A DNA stretch of 63,438 nucleotides, filler included, from Parasitella parasitica NRRL 2501 (Eukaryota; Fungi; Mucoromycota), in NCBI GenBank assembly GCA_025201805.1. It is 12 parts of 12 records of this genome, joined end to end, with 100 filler letters (N's around TTAATTAATTAA, not from the genome) between each part and the next. Parts side by side here need not be neighbours in the genome. Positions count along the whole stretch, not along the records: positions 2,555 to 14,080 come from MU619301.1; positions 14,181 to 31,581 come from MU619467.1; 10 more parts are not named here. The stretch is one strand, 5' to 3'. A model generated the notes under the pieces. It did no database searches. It was not told the DNA's origin and was given only the letters and a program-made list of their open reading frames with translations. The number at the start of each line of letters is the position of its first letter. Position 1 is the first letter of the stretch. Both the position numbers and the translations under genes were made by a program. This document shows positions 11,683 to 23,336 of this stretch, piece by piece.

Positions 11683-14080
11683 TGTTATATCAATAACATG
11701 GCAAGGTCTCACATCAGGATCTCAGATCAGTCCCAGGGTCTTACAGTAAATCATGGGTAGTCATGATTTACATTATGCAGCTAGACAGTAGAACCCTAGT
11801 GTAATGAATGTGTATATAATACATCGAGAGATGTATTATGAATAAAGGTGTAATTCTTTGGCAGATTTATTTTATCAGACTTTTGACATAACACTTTTTT
11901 AAATCACCTAAAACTCTTACACTCTTAACATTTTAACAAATAATCAATAACAATGTCTTCAAACATCAACAACAACGAAATCAACAACAAGGCCACTTAT
12001 GCTGAAATGGCAAGTCGTCCTGTTGGATGTCGCCAGAGTTCCAACTTTACGGGATCTGTGGCTAATGCCCAAGTTGCTCTGTCTCCAAGACAGGCAACGG
12101 TTAATAAAATTGCATCGAGCAATGTAAACGCTCTGCGTGAGGAATTAGCTGAAATAGACCGGGAATTGAGCGAAGACGCTCTTTCCGATCGCGATACTAT
12201 CATGACTGATAGTAGCGAAGTAGATCTCAACGATGATGATCATTTCGAACCCTTGAGCAAGAAGCACCAAAAGAGAAGCTCTTGCAGGAGATAGCCAAGC
12301 TCCAGTCTAAGCTGTGCAGAGCTGCAAAATTGGCAATGCAGCATCCTCTCAACGATGCTCTTCAAGAGAAAAGTAAGACTCTTAGGAAGCTGTTGAAAGA
12401 GGGTCAAGCAAATTATGATCTCTTGTTCAAGGATTTTGCCTCCGTTTGCAACAACAAGGCTAGTGATACTGGCAACGCCTTTGTTGTTCCTCCCAACCTG
12501 CCATTAATCCAATGGAAGGGACACAAAATGAACAATCAACCTTTAGTGCATCGTACTCTTGATGACTGTCTCCTCAACTTCAAAAATGTGCTGGAACAGT
12601 ATCAATTGGATTTGAATGCACACTGGTACCGCTTGATTAAGCCCCAGATGTCTACGGGCATGGCTGGTTGGACTTGTCAACTTGTACAAGACGAACCTCA
12701 TTTGAATTGGGACAACTTCACTGAGAAGTTGAAGGCCAAATATAATATTTCGGCCGAGCAACAAAAGCGAGATGCTATCTCAAGCCTGAAAAAGCTCAAG
12801 TTGGACAACTGCAGGAACTTGGAGCAATACATTGACAAGTTCAATGGATTGAAGCACCTCTCTGGTGTGAAGGAACCAGCTGCTTTGGTCGAGTATCTCT
12901 TGCGTGGTCTTGAGTCAGACCTTTATGCAATCGTCTCTCTGCATATCACTCAATCGAGAGATGATAAAAAGGACACGCTGGAATATGCAATCTCCCAGTT
13001 GCGTAGCGTTTACAACCTGATTGTAAACGACCCACACTATGTTGGCGAAAAGCGACGCAAGCAAAGAGAGATCGCTGCCTTGGTTGCTAGGGAAGTGAAA
13101 CAGCAGACCCACCGTCAACACTACAACGGTCAACGCAACTCTAAGACAAACTACCGTGATTCGGGTAGAGTCAAGAAAACTCGCCGTGCTGGAAAGCACC
13201 ACGGAAAGAATAACCGTGACCAAAGGAGTGGTAGCGGGGAAGTCCTTAAGTGCTTTGATTGTGGGTATACCCCCTTCACGTATGCACACAAGGCTGTGTG
13301 CAACAACAATCCGGCTAACAAAAGAAAGCCTATGCAAAAGAAGAAAAGCAAGCACAACATAGTGTCCAGACCTGCTGCTGCCGCTGCCTCTACCGATTCA
13401 GAGGCATCTTCTTCCTCTTCATCTAGCGATGAGAGCAACCAGACGTTTGCTGTTGCTACCATTGGAGAGAAGAAGCCTGTCAGCAATGACATGGACATTG
13501 ATAGCGAATGTAAGCAGCATGATAGTGAATATTTTAGGCAAATGCCTAGTAAAAATATACTTTTTCTACCTGTTATTTTAGAGTCGCAAAACGGTGTTAA
13601 AGTTAACACATGGTTCTTGTTGGACACTGGTTGCACGTTAAGTGCTATTTCCCCACAGCTAGTTGCCTTTTTAAACTTGAAAGTTGTTAATAAAAATGGC
13701 ATCATAAAATTAGCACAAAATAACAGTGTAGTTAATAGACAAGAGCAAACTGATGAAGAGCTTAAGATTAACTATGGCTCAAAGATTGTCTATTCTAAGT
13801 TTGAAGTTTTTAATCTATTTGAAAACGTTCATTGTGTATCTGGCATGGATTTGCTTTACAAAGTTGGTATTACTTTGGGAAATATAGCAGCAGATTGGTA
13901 AGATCGAATTGGATATGAAATCCCCAAGATCGAGCCTAATCCTTATAAGCCAAATGATGATCCATATGGATCTCAAGAAGAACGCGCAGGGATGATGGCT
14001 GAATTGCAGCCGTTTATTGATGCCAACACTAGTATTAGCGCAAAGGCATATTGTAACATCCCTGGTAGTGAAATTACATT
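11683..14080 (+). mobile_element. 5' half of a gypsy LTR retrotransposon (5' LTR 11683-11893, gag, protease), decayed
   Basis: 211-bp LTR TGTTAT...ATAACA nearly identical to 31269-31479; gag with a frameshift near 12285; CFDCG..H...C knuckle; LLDTGC aspartic protease; in-frame stop at 13901 with the frame continuing to the contig end. Confidence 0.88.
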
Positions 14081-14180
14081 NNNNNNNNNNNNNNNNNNNN
14101 NNNNNNNNNNNNNNNNNNNNNNNNTTAATTAATTAANNNNNNNNNNNNNNNNNNNNNNNNNNNNNNNNNNNNNNNNNNNN

Positions 14181-14462
14181 ATCAGAAATAGCTATTACGG
14201 CAGTATTCTGAGCACAGTTGCTATGTGATCGTCTTGAGTGGCCTTCTCTTCCGCAAAAACGACATGTGACAACATTAGGAACATCTATTATGTTGACAGG
14301 ATCAGAGACAGTTGTTGCATCGACAGGATCAGAAACAATTGTCATGTCGACGGAATCAGAGATAGCTGTTACGGAAGTATTCTGAGCGCAGTTGCTATGT
14401 GATCGTCTTGAGTGGCCTTTTCTTCCACAGAAGCGGCATACATTTGTATTAATTTCATTCAT
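14181..14462 (-). CDS. 5' fragment of an ORF with tandem CxxCGxxGHxRxxHxxC zinc knuckles (TE-associated)
   Basis: CRFCGRKGHSRRSHSNC and CRFCGREGHSRRSHSNC, 174-bp periodicity; truncated at the linker. Confidence 0.55.
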
Positions 14463-14538
14463 GGTTCTTTGAAGCTAAAGTCTACTGATTGTTGTTTTTA
14501 TTGAGCTGCGTGCCTATTTTGGTATATTAAAAAACTCT

Positions 14539-14676
14539 TGTGACCGTAAAATAACTTTTATTTAAGCTGTAAATTTCCTGTGACCGTAAAATAACTTTTA
14601 TTTAAGCTGTAAATTTCCTGTGGCCGTAAAATAACTTTTATTTAAGCTGTAAATTTACTGTGACCGCAAAATAACT
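14539..14676 (+). repeat. Tandem array of ~3.5 x 40 bp
   Basis: TGTGACCGTAAAATAACTTTTATTTAAGCTGTAAATTTCC at 14539, 14579, 14619 and partial at 14659. Confidence 0.95.
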
Positions 14677-14701
14677 CGTAACTTCTCATCATTTTAAGAA
14701 T

Positions 14702-15815
14702 ATGGAGATAAACATATCCTATCTGCTTTCAAATCCACGTATTTCTATACAGTACTAAAATTTCCTTCTATGACTTTTACAATGGCTTTACAAGAACGCG
14801 ATTAAAATATTGTAAACTTCTGACTACGATATTGGACGAGTAATTGGGTTGCATGAGTACGGTGTTCCAAGTTCCACTATCGCCAAGTCGACTGACATCA
14901 AGGAAGGTACTGTGAGGGGTCTGATATACAGATATAAGCACAAAGACCTGGCCGACCTCCAAAGCTTGACGAGAGGGAAAAAAGAGTCATCAAACGCGAG
15001 ATAAGAAAGCAACCATTGAAGCCAAAGAAACATCATTTGGCTGATTTACATGACATTGGATATGACATCCATTTGGACACTTACCGAAAGTGTCTCGTAG
15101 ATTTAGGTTTAAAATCTTATAAAGCTGCTCACAGACCACGGTTAAGAACAACTCACAAGGAAAGAAGGCTACAATGGGCAAAGGATAAAGTGGATTTCAC
15201 TATGGATCAATGGAGACATGCGATTTGGTCGGACGAATCAAAATTCAATATTGTAGGTAATGATCCTGGTACTAGAGTTATCCGCCAAATCAATGAAAGG
15301 TTTCATAAAGACCATGTTATGGAGACCACAAAGTTTGGAAGTGGTCCAGTAATGGTTTGGGATGTTTTTGGGCGGGTTAATTTGGCCCAATTAAAGTGAT
15401 CAAGACACGATTTGATCAGCTGGAGTATATCAAGTATTTAGAAGAAGTATATATTCCTCATATCACAAAGCTCACTCAGAAAGAAGGAAAGTCATTTATT
15501 CTTCAAGAAGGTGGTGTCACATGTCATACGGGCAAGGTTACAACTGCTTGGAAAATGGATCAACCGGATGTCCATTCATTCGACTTTTGGCCCGCTCAAA
15601 GTCCAGATTTGAACCCTATTGAACATGTGTGGTCAAACCTAGAGAAGAAAATTGAGGGTAGAAGACATAGAATATCAAAGACAAAAGAATTAGAAGAAGT
15701 ATTGATTGAGGAGTGGAACAAAATTGAAGCAAGCTTTGCTGAGAAACTTGTTGGAAGTATAACCTCTCGCTGTAAAGAAGTCATTAAATCTAAAGGTGGC
15801 CGCACCAGATATTAA
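14702..15815 (+). pseudogene. Tc1/mariner transposase pseudogene
   Basis: KERRLQWAK, WRHAIWSDESKF, VMVW, LQ.......H, WPAQSPDLNPIEHVW, GGRTRY; several frameshifts and stops. Confidence 0.92.
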
Positions 15816-16771
15816 TTTTTAAGCATCTTCAAATAAACATATCTACGTATTATATACTCTGATTTGAGGTTATTTGAAGAATCTTTATTATCAAGAACAT
15901 CAAGACAAAGATCATAATGGCTTTCAGAATTAAAAAAGATCGGAGATGTGGTTGCTGATTTATTGTAAGTGAATATGGTTTATAGTAGACAGGATTTCTT
16001 ATTATTAGCTTGAGTGTACTTTATTGTTATTTGTATAAATTTGGCCCGTACTAGTGTCAACTTGGAGTTACGTAAATGATATGAGGGAAGATGCGTTGAA
16101 ATGCGTTTATGAAAAAGCGGTATACACTTAATTAAATTGAATTTGTGATAACTCAAAGTTAAACTATAAGGGTTCTGCATCAAGTTTTGTATTCCGCTAT
16201 TACAATGTGAAACCAGCAACAAGTGGTAACAACCGGCAGTAATGGCTCTAATGTTCCTGATATTCTCGTTATTATTCACACAATATGAGCAATATTCCAG
16301 AACAATGTCAAGAAATAACCTTTGTTTGAGTATTATGTTTCCATCGCTCACAGTACACAGTGCGATTCTTCTGCTTTTGAGAATACTACTATTGCTAAGC
16401 AGCACTGCATCTCAATGTACACCCAAGCAAACGCTAAACCCTTTTTCGATAAATTTTATTAACGATATGGTAAGCAGTGGTATCTTTACTGATCTTTTTT
16501 TTTGGATGTTCGCCTTTTTTTTTCTTTTTATTGTCAGGTATATGTGCAAATGAAAGTAGTACAAGGTCCAATTGATTATGAAAAAAGCGCCCGTCTCGGG
16601 TTAAAACTGTATAATTAACCCAACGGAAAATCCGATAAAATCTAGTTGTGTGGGTAAGACAACCTCAGGATCAGGAAAAGATTAGCACATAAATAGGAGT
16701 CTTTAACTTGTTCTAGTAACTCTATCCTTTCTCTTTCTTTCTTTCTTCTTCTTCCATATTGTATTAGCAAC

Positions 16772-19700
16772 ATGTCTGTTTCTTTAATCATTGTAATCAA
16801 AGGCAGTGCGAATGTTGAATTGGATGGCCACATTATCCGCATCGGCAATGGTGCAAACACAGACACTGTGCGAGGTTTAGCTGCAGAAAAGCTGGGGTTA
16901 GCTGTCCCTTTGGACGAAATCGTTTTGGAGACATCAAGCGGAGTGGTTTTGACAGAAATCGATAAAGTCAGAATACAACAAGTAGTCTACATTGGCTGCA
17001 AGGAGAAAATTCAAGATGTTATACCAGGACCACGTCGACTGCCAATGGTCGGGAATTTATATGATATGCTGCCTGATTTGTGAGTACATTAGTTATGGCC
17101 TAATATTCGAGTTGGTACTAAGACTCTGCGCAGAACTGCTGGTTGGGAAAAGCAATTCAATACCTATGGAAACTTGGTTTCTGTTAACATTCTCGGAAGC
17201 GAAATGGTTGGAACAAATCACCCAGCAATCGCAGAATTGTTTGTAAAGGAGTCAGAGTATTTCACAAAGAAAATTGGCAACGCCCTGAAAGAAATCAAAG
17301 ATTTTGGTGGAGGAGGTAAACCTTATTTGTAATGCTTTATTTGCCATATTAAGCGAAATGGGTATTTTGCAGGGCTTTTTACGTCGGACACCGATGCTGA
17401 GGAGTGGAAATTGGCCCACAAGCTGCTAATGCCAGCATTCAGCCCCCGTGCTATCAAGGTATTTTGTCCCCTTGCATCTACTTGGCTTTCGTCTTATACT
17501 AACCACACCAAATCAAATGGATAGGCTTACCAACCCGAAATGGGTGCCATTGCCCAAGAAACCATCAAAGTCCTTGGAGAATACAAGCCAGATGATAAAG
17601 TAGAAATGCTGCAGTGGTGCACAAATCTAACTTTCGAGACTATCGGAAGGATTGGCTTTGGCTACAGTTTTGATCTAATGCATCGTGATAAACCCTCACA
17701 TCCTTTCATTGACGCTATGGCTTATGCTCTTAGCAACAGCCTTAACCGCTTTGCCAGACCTGCGTTTATGAAACACCTTCCTCTGGAGAGCAACCGTGCT
17801 TGGGATCGTGGTAACAACCTCATGAAATCGATTGTAGATAATGTTATTCTGGAACGCAAAAATAGCCCAGATGCCAAGAATAAGGAAAAGGATCTGCTTG
17901 GATTCATGCTGAATGCCAGAGACGAACATGGCGATGGCTTAACCGATGAGAACATTCGGGATCAAGTTGTCACCTTTTTGATTGCAGGCCATGATACTAC
18001 TGCGAATACGATAGCTTGGGTCCTTTACGAGTTCACCAGAAACCCACATGTCGAAGCCAAGGTACTCCAGGAGATTGCCAACGCAGGCATCACGTCGGAT
18101 AGCTTACCCACTGTGGAACAAATCAGTTCTCTCAAGTACCTACACAAGGTCCTGAAGGAGACACTACGTCTGCATTCTCCATTAAGAACTATCAGCAAAT
18201 ACTGCCAAAAGGACTGCGTTGTTCCTGGCGGCTATCGTATCAAGGCTGGAATTTCTTGTGTCATCTCTATATTGAATATGCACTTGAATCCTCAAGTGTA
18301 TCCTGAGCCGCACAAATTTGATCCAGAGAGATTCAGCCCTGAAGAAGAGCAAAAGAGATCTCGCTATGCTTGGATGCCTTTCTCGACTGGTCCTCGTGCA
18401 TGTATCGGTAAGAATAAAAGCTGTTCAGACGTCTCTTGGTCTGGTAGGATACTGACAGTTTCAACCAGGAATGGCATTTGCATTGCAAGAAGCCAAAACA
18501 ATTATCAGTATGTTCCTTCATAGATACAAATTTTGTTACGGTAATTTGTGTATGCGTGTTGTTGAATGGAAGCCTTTTACTCATATATGTGTTATTATAG
18601 ATGGCTCTCCCGTTAAATATGATCCCAAGCAAGCTACTACAAAACCTCTAAATATGATGATGACCATACACCCGCGCACCGATTTCCCAGAGCCTTGTGA
18701 GGATATTGTCGAATCAAAGAGCGAGAAATTAAAAGGCGCCGCTGCCTCGACCATGAATGAATTACATGCTGGTGTAAGCAACATTGGCACCATTGAATTG
18801 CCCAAGGCCACCTTTCTTTTTGGCACACAAACAGGTACTGCTCAAGATTATGCCAATCAGTTGGCCTCCCAAGCTAAAAGATTTGGTTTCAAGGATGTCA
18901 CCCTGTGCGCCATGGATCAATGGGAAGCAATCGAAAAGGGTGCCTACAAAAAGAAAGACAAAGATGAGCTCGTTGTTATTTGTACCGCCACCTACAACGG
19001 CTACCCACCTGATTCAGCCGAGGCTTTCAATAAACATTTGGATAAAAACATTGAGCAAGGCAACGAAAACGCCTTTTCTGGTGTTAATTATGCCGTCTTT
19101 GGTCTTGGCAATAAGAATTGGAGAACATATCAAGCCTTCCCCTTGAAGGTAGACCAAGCGCTGAACAATCTTGGCGCCGAAAGATTCTTTTCCCCTGGTA
19201 CTGGTAATGCTGACAGCGACATTGATGCTGATTTTAGTGAATGGTGCGCCTATTTCTGGACCCACACTCTTGCGAAATATGGCGTTGCTGCCTCCTCAAC
19301 CAGATCAGTTGTCCCTACAGCAACTCTCTCAATGGAAGACTTGTTTAGGAGTGCGGTCAGGGTCCAATTTATCTCCCCATCTGATGCTGCAAAATGGGCA
19401 TTTGCCAAGGAAAACAGAAATGGCGAATTCAACGCTCAGATTGTCGCAAATCGCGAGCTTCAATCCAAGGAATCTGACCGTAGCACTCGCCATATTGAGA
19501 TTGATATTAGTCATTTAACTCCAATTGGACAAGACAATCGTCTCTATTCGGCCGGTGACCATATTGAAATCATGCCCGAGAACAGCATTGAGGAAGTTGA
19601 ACGTATTGCCCTTGGTTTTGGTCTTGTACTCGACTCTGTCTTTGAGGTAGATATATCATCCACAGAGAACCTCTCTCCCCGCTCTATGGCCAAGATGATT

Positions 19701-20648
19701 AAAGGTCCATGCACTGTCCGCAATGCTTTAGTGTACTATGCAGATATCTTGTCGCCACCATCTCGTCGCATGTTGAGTTATTTTGCGGCTCAGTTAAAGA
19801 CGGCTGCTCCTGACACTGCTCATATCTTTGACAAGTTGACGATGCCTGACGAAAACAGCATTGATCAATATCCGGCATTCATTGAAAAGCACCGAACTCT
19901 GTTAGACTTGCAAATGAGTTTCCCTCAAGTCAATCGTATTGATTTAGGCCAATTCTTGGCTGCTGTTAGCGTTATGCAGCCTAGACGCTATTCCATTGCC
20001 TCTTCGCCGTTTGTTCATCCCACCAATGCTCATATCACTGTAGGAGTTGTGAGTGATGAGGCTCATGGCCGCCGGTACCCAGGCCTTACCTCTTCTTTCT
20101 TGAAGTCTTTGGAGCAAGGGAAGCTGCGCGCCAGTCTCAAGTCGTCAAAGGACACATTCAGTATGCCCACTAATCTTAAAACACCACTGATCATGATTGC
20201 TGCTGGTACAGGCCTATCCCCCTTCCGTGGATTTCTACAAGAACGCGCACATCAAAAGAAAAACGGACAAAGTGTCGGTCCATGTGTACTCTTTTTTGGC
20301 TGTCGTCGGCCAGACCAGGATCATATTTATAGTGACGAGATAGAAGAGTACATCAAGTCTGGGGTCATTTTGCATCACCATGTTGTCTTTTCTCGTACAG
20401 ACCCTCCCTCTGCTCAAAAGTACGTACAGCATGCATTGCTTTCCCACGCTGGTGAAGTTTGGCCTCTGGTGTCGGAGCAAGATGCTACCATTTACGTTTG
20501 CGGTAGCGGCTCCATGAGTAGCGACGTGCGCTCTTCTTTCCAAACGATCGTTAAGAGTTTCGGCTTAGCTAATGATGATCAAGAGGCTGACGAGTACCTC
20601 AAGTCTTTGGACGGCAACAAGTCCTACTTGACCGACGTTTGGGGATAA
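16772..20648 (+). CDS. Self-sufficient cytochrome P450-NADPH-P450 reductase fusion (CYP102/CYP505-type architecture), 6 exons
   Basis: Exons 16772-17079, 17134-17315, 17373-17458, 17525-18407, 18469-18540, 18601-20648 (GT-AG). Motifs PGP..LP.VGN, AGHDTT, ETLR, PERF, FSTGPRACIG heme Cys; FMN GTQTGTA, TYNG, FGLGN; FAD RRYSIASS; AGTGLSPFRGF; DVWG end. Confidence 0.93.
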
Positions 20649-20966
20649 GCGAGGTGGTGTAATATCTCTTGTGCATTTTCTAGGTCAAGTATTTAGCTTA
20701 AAATGTTGCACCTTTATATGTAGCAATTCAATTATACCGAATGAAGTTTCTCTCTCTTTATATACTTCAAATAGTAAAGTTTATCAAAATGAAAATGAAC
20801 CGAATTGAAGTTTGATATACGCTGCAGACTGTGTGCGAGAATGGCATTTACCACATCTGCTTGCTGCACATTTAGAGCCCAGGCTCAAGACTGCGATAAC
20901 ATCGTTTATCTTTGGTTTTTTTTTTCATCTGTTTTTTTTTTCTAACCACTTCTTCCACTTGATGAA

Positions 20967-21386
20967 ATGAGTACAGAATCACCTCCTCAAAGCGCAGCCT
21001 CATCTAAAGATCTCGTTGATCGACTTGAGCTTGTCCGAGAAGAAACCAAGGGCTTGAGTTTAGAGTACGAAATGCTACAAGACAGATTGCGCGCAATCGA
21101 CAATAAATTGAAGAAGAATGAATCGTTGGACAAAGAATTGGCTGAATTAAGAGCAGAAGAAGAACAATCAAAATTACAATTGGGAGAACTCAAGCAAAAA
21201 GTAGAAAGAACATTGTCGTTGACCGAGGAACTAGAAGAAAAGGGAGTCTTGGACAATGATGCAACTGAGCAGTTACTGCAAATGAAAATCAAGGAAAAAC
21301 TCGAGTTGATTGCATCTATCAAAGCAGATATACAAAAGAAGAAACAAGAGCTAGCCGCTTTAAAAACAAATGCAGACTCAAGCTAG
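20967..21386 (+). CDS. Small coiled-coil protein of unknown function
   Basis: Intact 139-aa ORF with heptad-like L/E/K pattern, lying between genes. Confidence 0.7.
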   Translation: MSTESPPQSAASSKDLVDRLELVREETKGLSLEYEMLQDRLRAIDNKLKKNESLDKELAELRAEEEQSKLQLGELKQKVERTLSLTEELEEKGVLDNDATEQLLQMKIKEKLELIASIKADIQKKKQELAALKTNADSS

Positions 21387-21543
21387 ACGCTGCACATTAT
21401 AGATTTATACCAAAAATGCATTTTGAATAAGCTTTGATCTTTTTGTGCTACTAGGTATTCTACATTTGGAAAGACAATAACATCTATAGTGCATCTTATA
21501 ATTTTTCTCTGCTAAAATGATAATTGCTCATTTTTCTCTCTTT

Positions 21544-21569
<26 letters not shown>

Positions 21570-21574
<5 letters not shown>

Positions 21575-22296
21575 ATCAAGATCTAAGGTTGAACACATTG
21601 TTTGTTTGGCTTTGAATGGTATCAACATCATATTCTACTTGTTAATTATTACCGCCGTCATTTTCAAATGCATTCGTGGAAGTTTTGCTGATATTGTGAT
21701 GGGGATCTACGGCATGTAAAGTATACCAGCAAGATAATTAGATCTAACTCGCTAAAATATACAACAAAACAGTGTGTTGGCTGCTCTCCTGGTAGTGAAT
21801 GAAATGAGAGAGTTCCAGATCTCGTACAAGTACTTTTACTTTTTATCGACATATCGAGGAAGAGGCCTAGTCATGATATTGTAAGTTGCAAATTATTTCC
21901 TGCCAAAACTATCCTTGCTGATATGTGCATAGCTTTGGATGCCTGGTGCTTGATTTGGGAATTGTGAATATTGTTGTTGGTACGCTGGTGTTAGCAACAG
22001 GCCTACTCTATGTCATCATGTCTTTTTTGTCCCATTTTCCACAACCAAATCCCATCACGATTAATTGGAGAAACTGGAACGATTTCTCGGCCGAAGGTTT
22101 AGACTTGGCACATCACCCAAACATGAATAGCAATGGAGTGGTAACTAATTTTATGCCTGAATAGAGAAAATACTAATTTATTTGGTAGAGTGAGATGCAT
22201 GAACGTTTGAAATCACCCGCACCTTTTTTATCAAGCCAGCGTCAATTATCCCTTAATGAAATGATACATGCTCAGCAACCACCAACGAGAAGATAA
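21570..22296 (+). CDS. COPI-associated / TVP15-like Golgi membrane protein, 4 exons
   Basis: Exons 21570-21715, 21773-21880, 21934-22140, 22189-22296; hydrophobic helices and YFYFLSTYRGRGLVMIFFG motif. Confidence 0.8.
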
Positions 22297-22307
22297 TCGA
22301 TGTTTCT

Positions 22308-23120
22308 TTATTGTTGCAGCTTTTTGTATACTTTATAACCAGCCAATACGCCACTGGTGAAGCCTGACCATGCTTGAAGGCCTTTACTGAAGGAAGGGTG
22401 AAATACATCACATCCTGAAACCCAACACATATTGTAAATAGATTATATTAAATCACAACACATTTGCATCCTACCACAAAATAATAAATCTGCTATTGAC
22501 TTGAAAAGGGCAATTTGTGCCAACTCCAGCTCTTCTTGCGTGCCGCACACTTCTGTTCTGCACATGCTATCAAAATTCTTGCAAAGTCCTAAAATAATAC
22601 TAGCAAACCAACAATGAGCAGCTATGATTTCGGAATAATGGCCCCACGCCTTTTGCGGCAATACGCCAATTCGATATAAACAGTAGATATCATCGGCTAG
22701 TGCATTTGCAATGCTATTTGCAAGTAGCAATTGCTTACGCCAGTCCTTTCTAGTTGCAAGAAGCTGTTTGATATCCTCGCCAGCATTTCCCAAGCACAAC
22801 ACCTGCCGAGTAACTGAAAACTGAGTTGCCAGACTTGTCAGCTGTTTTAAATGTGCGCTTTGATGGGAGGAATGGTGATACACCAATATCTTGATAACAT
22901 ACTGAATGATTTTCATTGACTTATCACGCCCATCCAAGTCTTTAAGAATGCGCTGAATAACAAGGAAAGTGGATGGACTTTTGCAAGATATTCTCGTTGG
23001 TAAGGGTGTCGATGGAGATGCTGGTTGCTTTTCCAAATGGCCAAAGGATGGCACTTTCCGCAAAGACATGATACAATCGGATGATTGATGCGGTGAGTGG
23101 ACTGGCGTTGGTAGGTTCAT
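22308..23120 (-). CDS. PEX11: Peroxisomal membrane protein PEX11 family, 2 exons
   Basis: LDGRDKSMKIIQY, QFSVTRQVLCLGN, CWFASI, DLLFC; exons 23120-22475 and 22414-22308. Confidence 0.8.
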
Positions 23121-23336
23121 TTTCAAATGGAAAAGAAAGAGGGAAGAAGAAGGAGAGCGAGGACATACTAGTTTAAAGGAGACACATGCAAATATGCAAT
23201 AAGCCACGGTTATCAAGAACAATTTATTCAATAAATATACTTTAATGATAAACGCAGAGCTCAAAAATCTAATCAACCTAGGTTTTATGATATAAAATAA
23301 GCCAAAAAAAAAAAACTGGTGGATAGAACCTTGATA

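Noticed and set aside
14539-14676. CRISPR-like array
   Set aside because: Units are head-to-tail with no unique spacers, there are no cas genes, and the context is eukaryotic.
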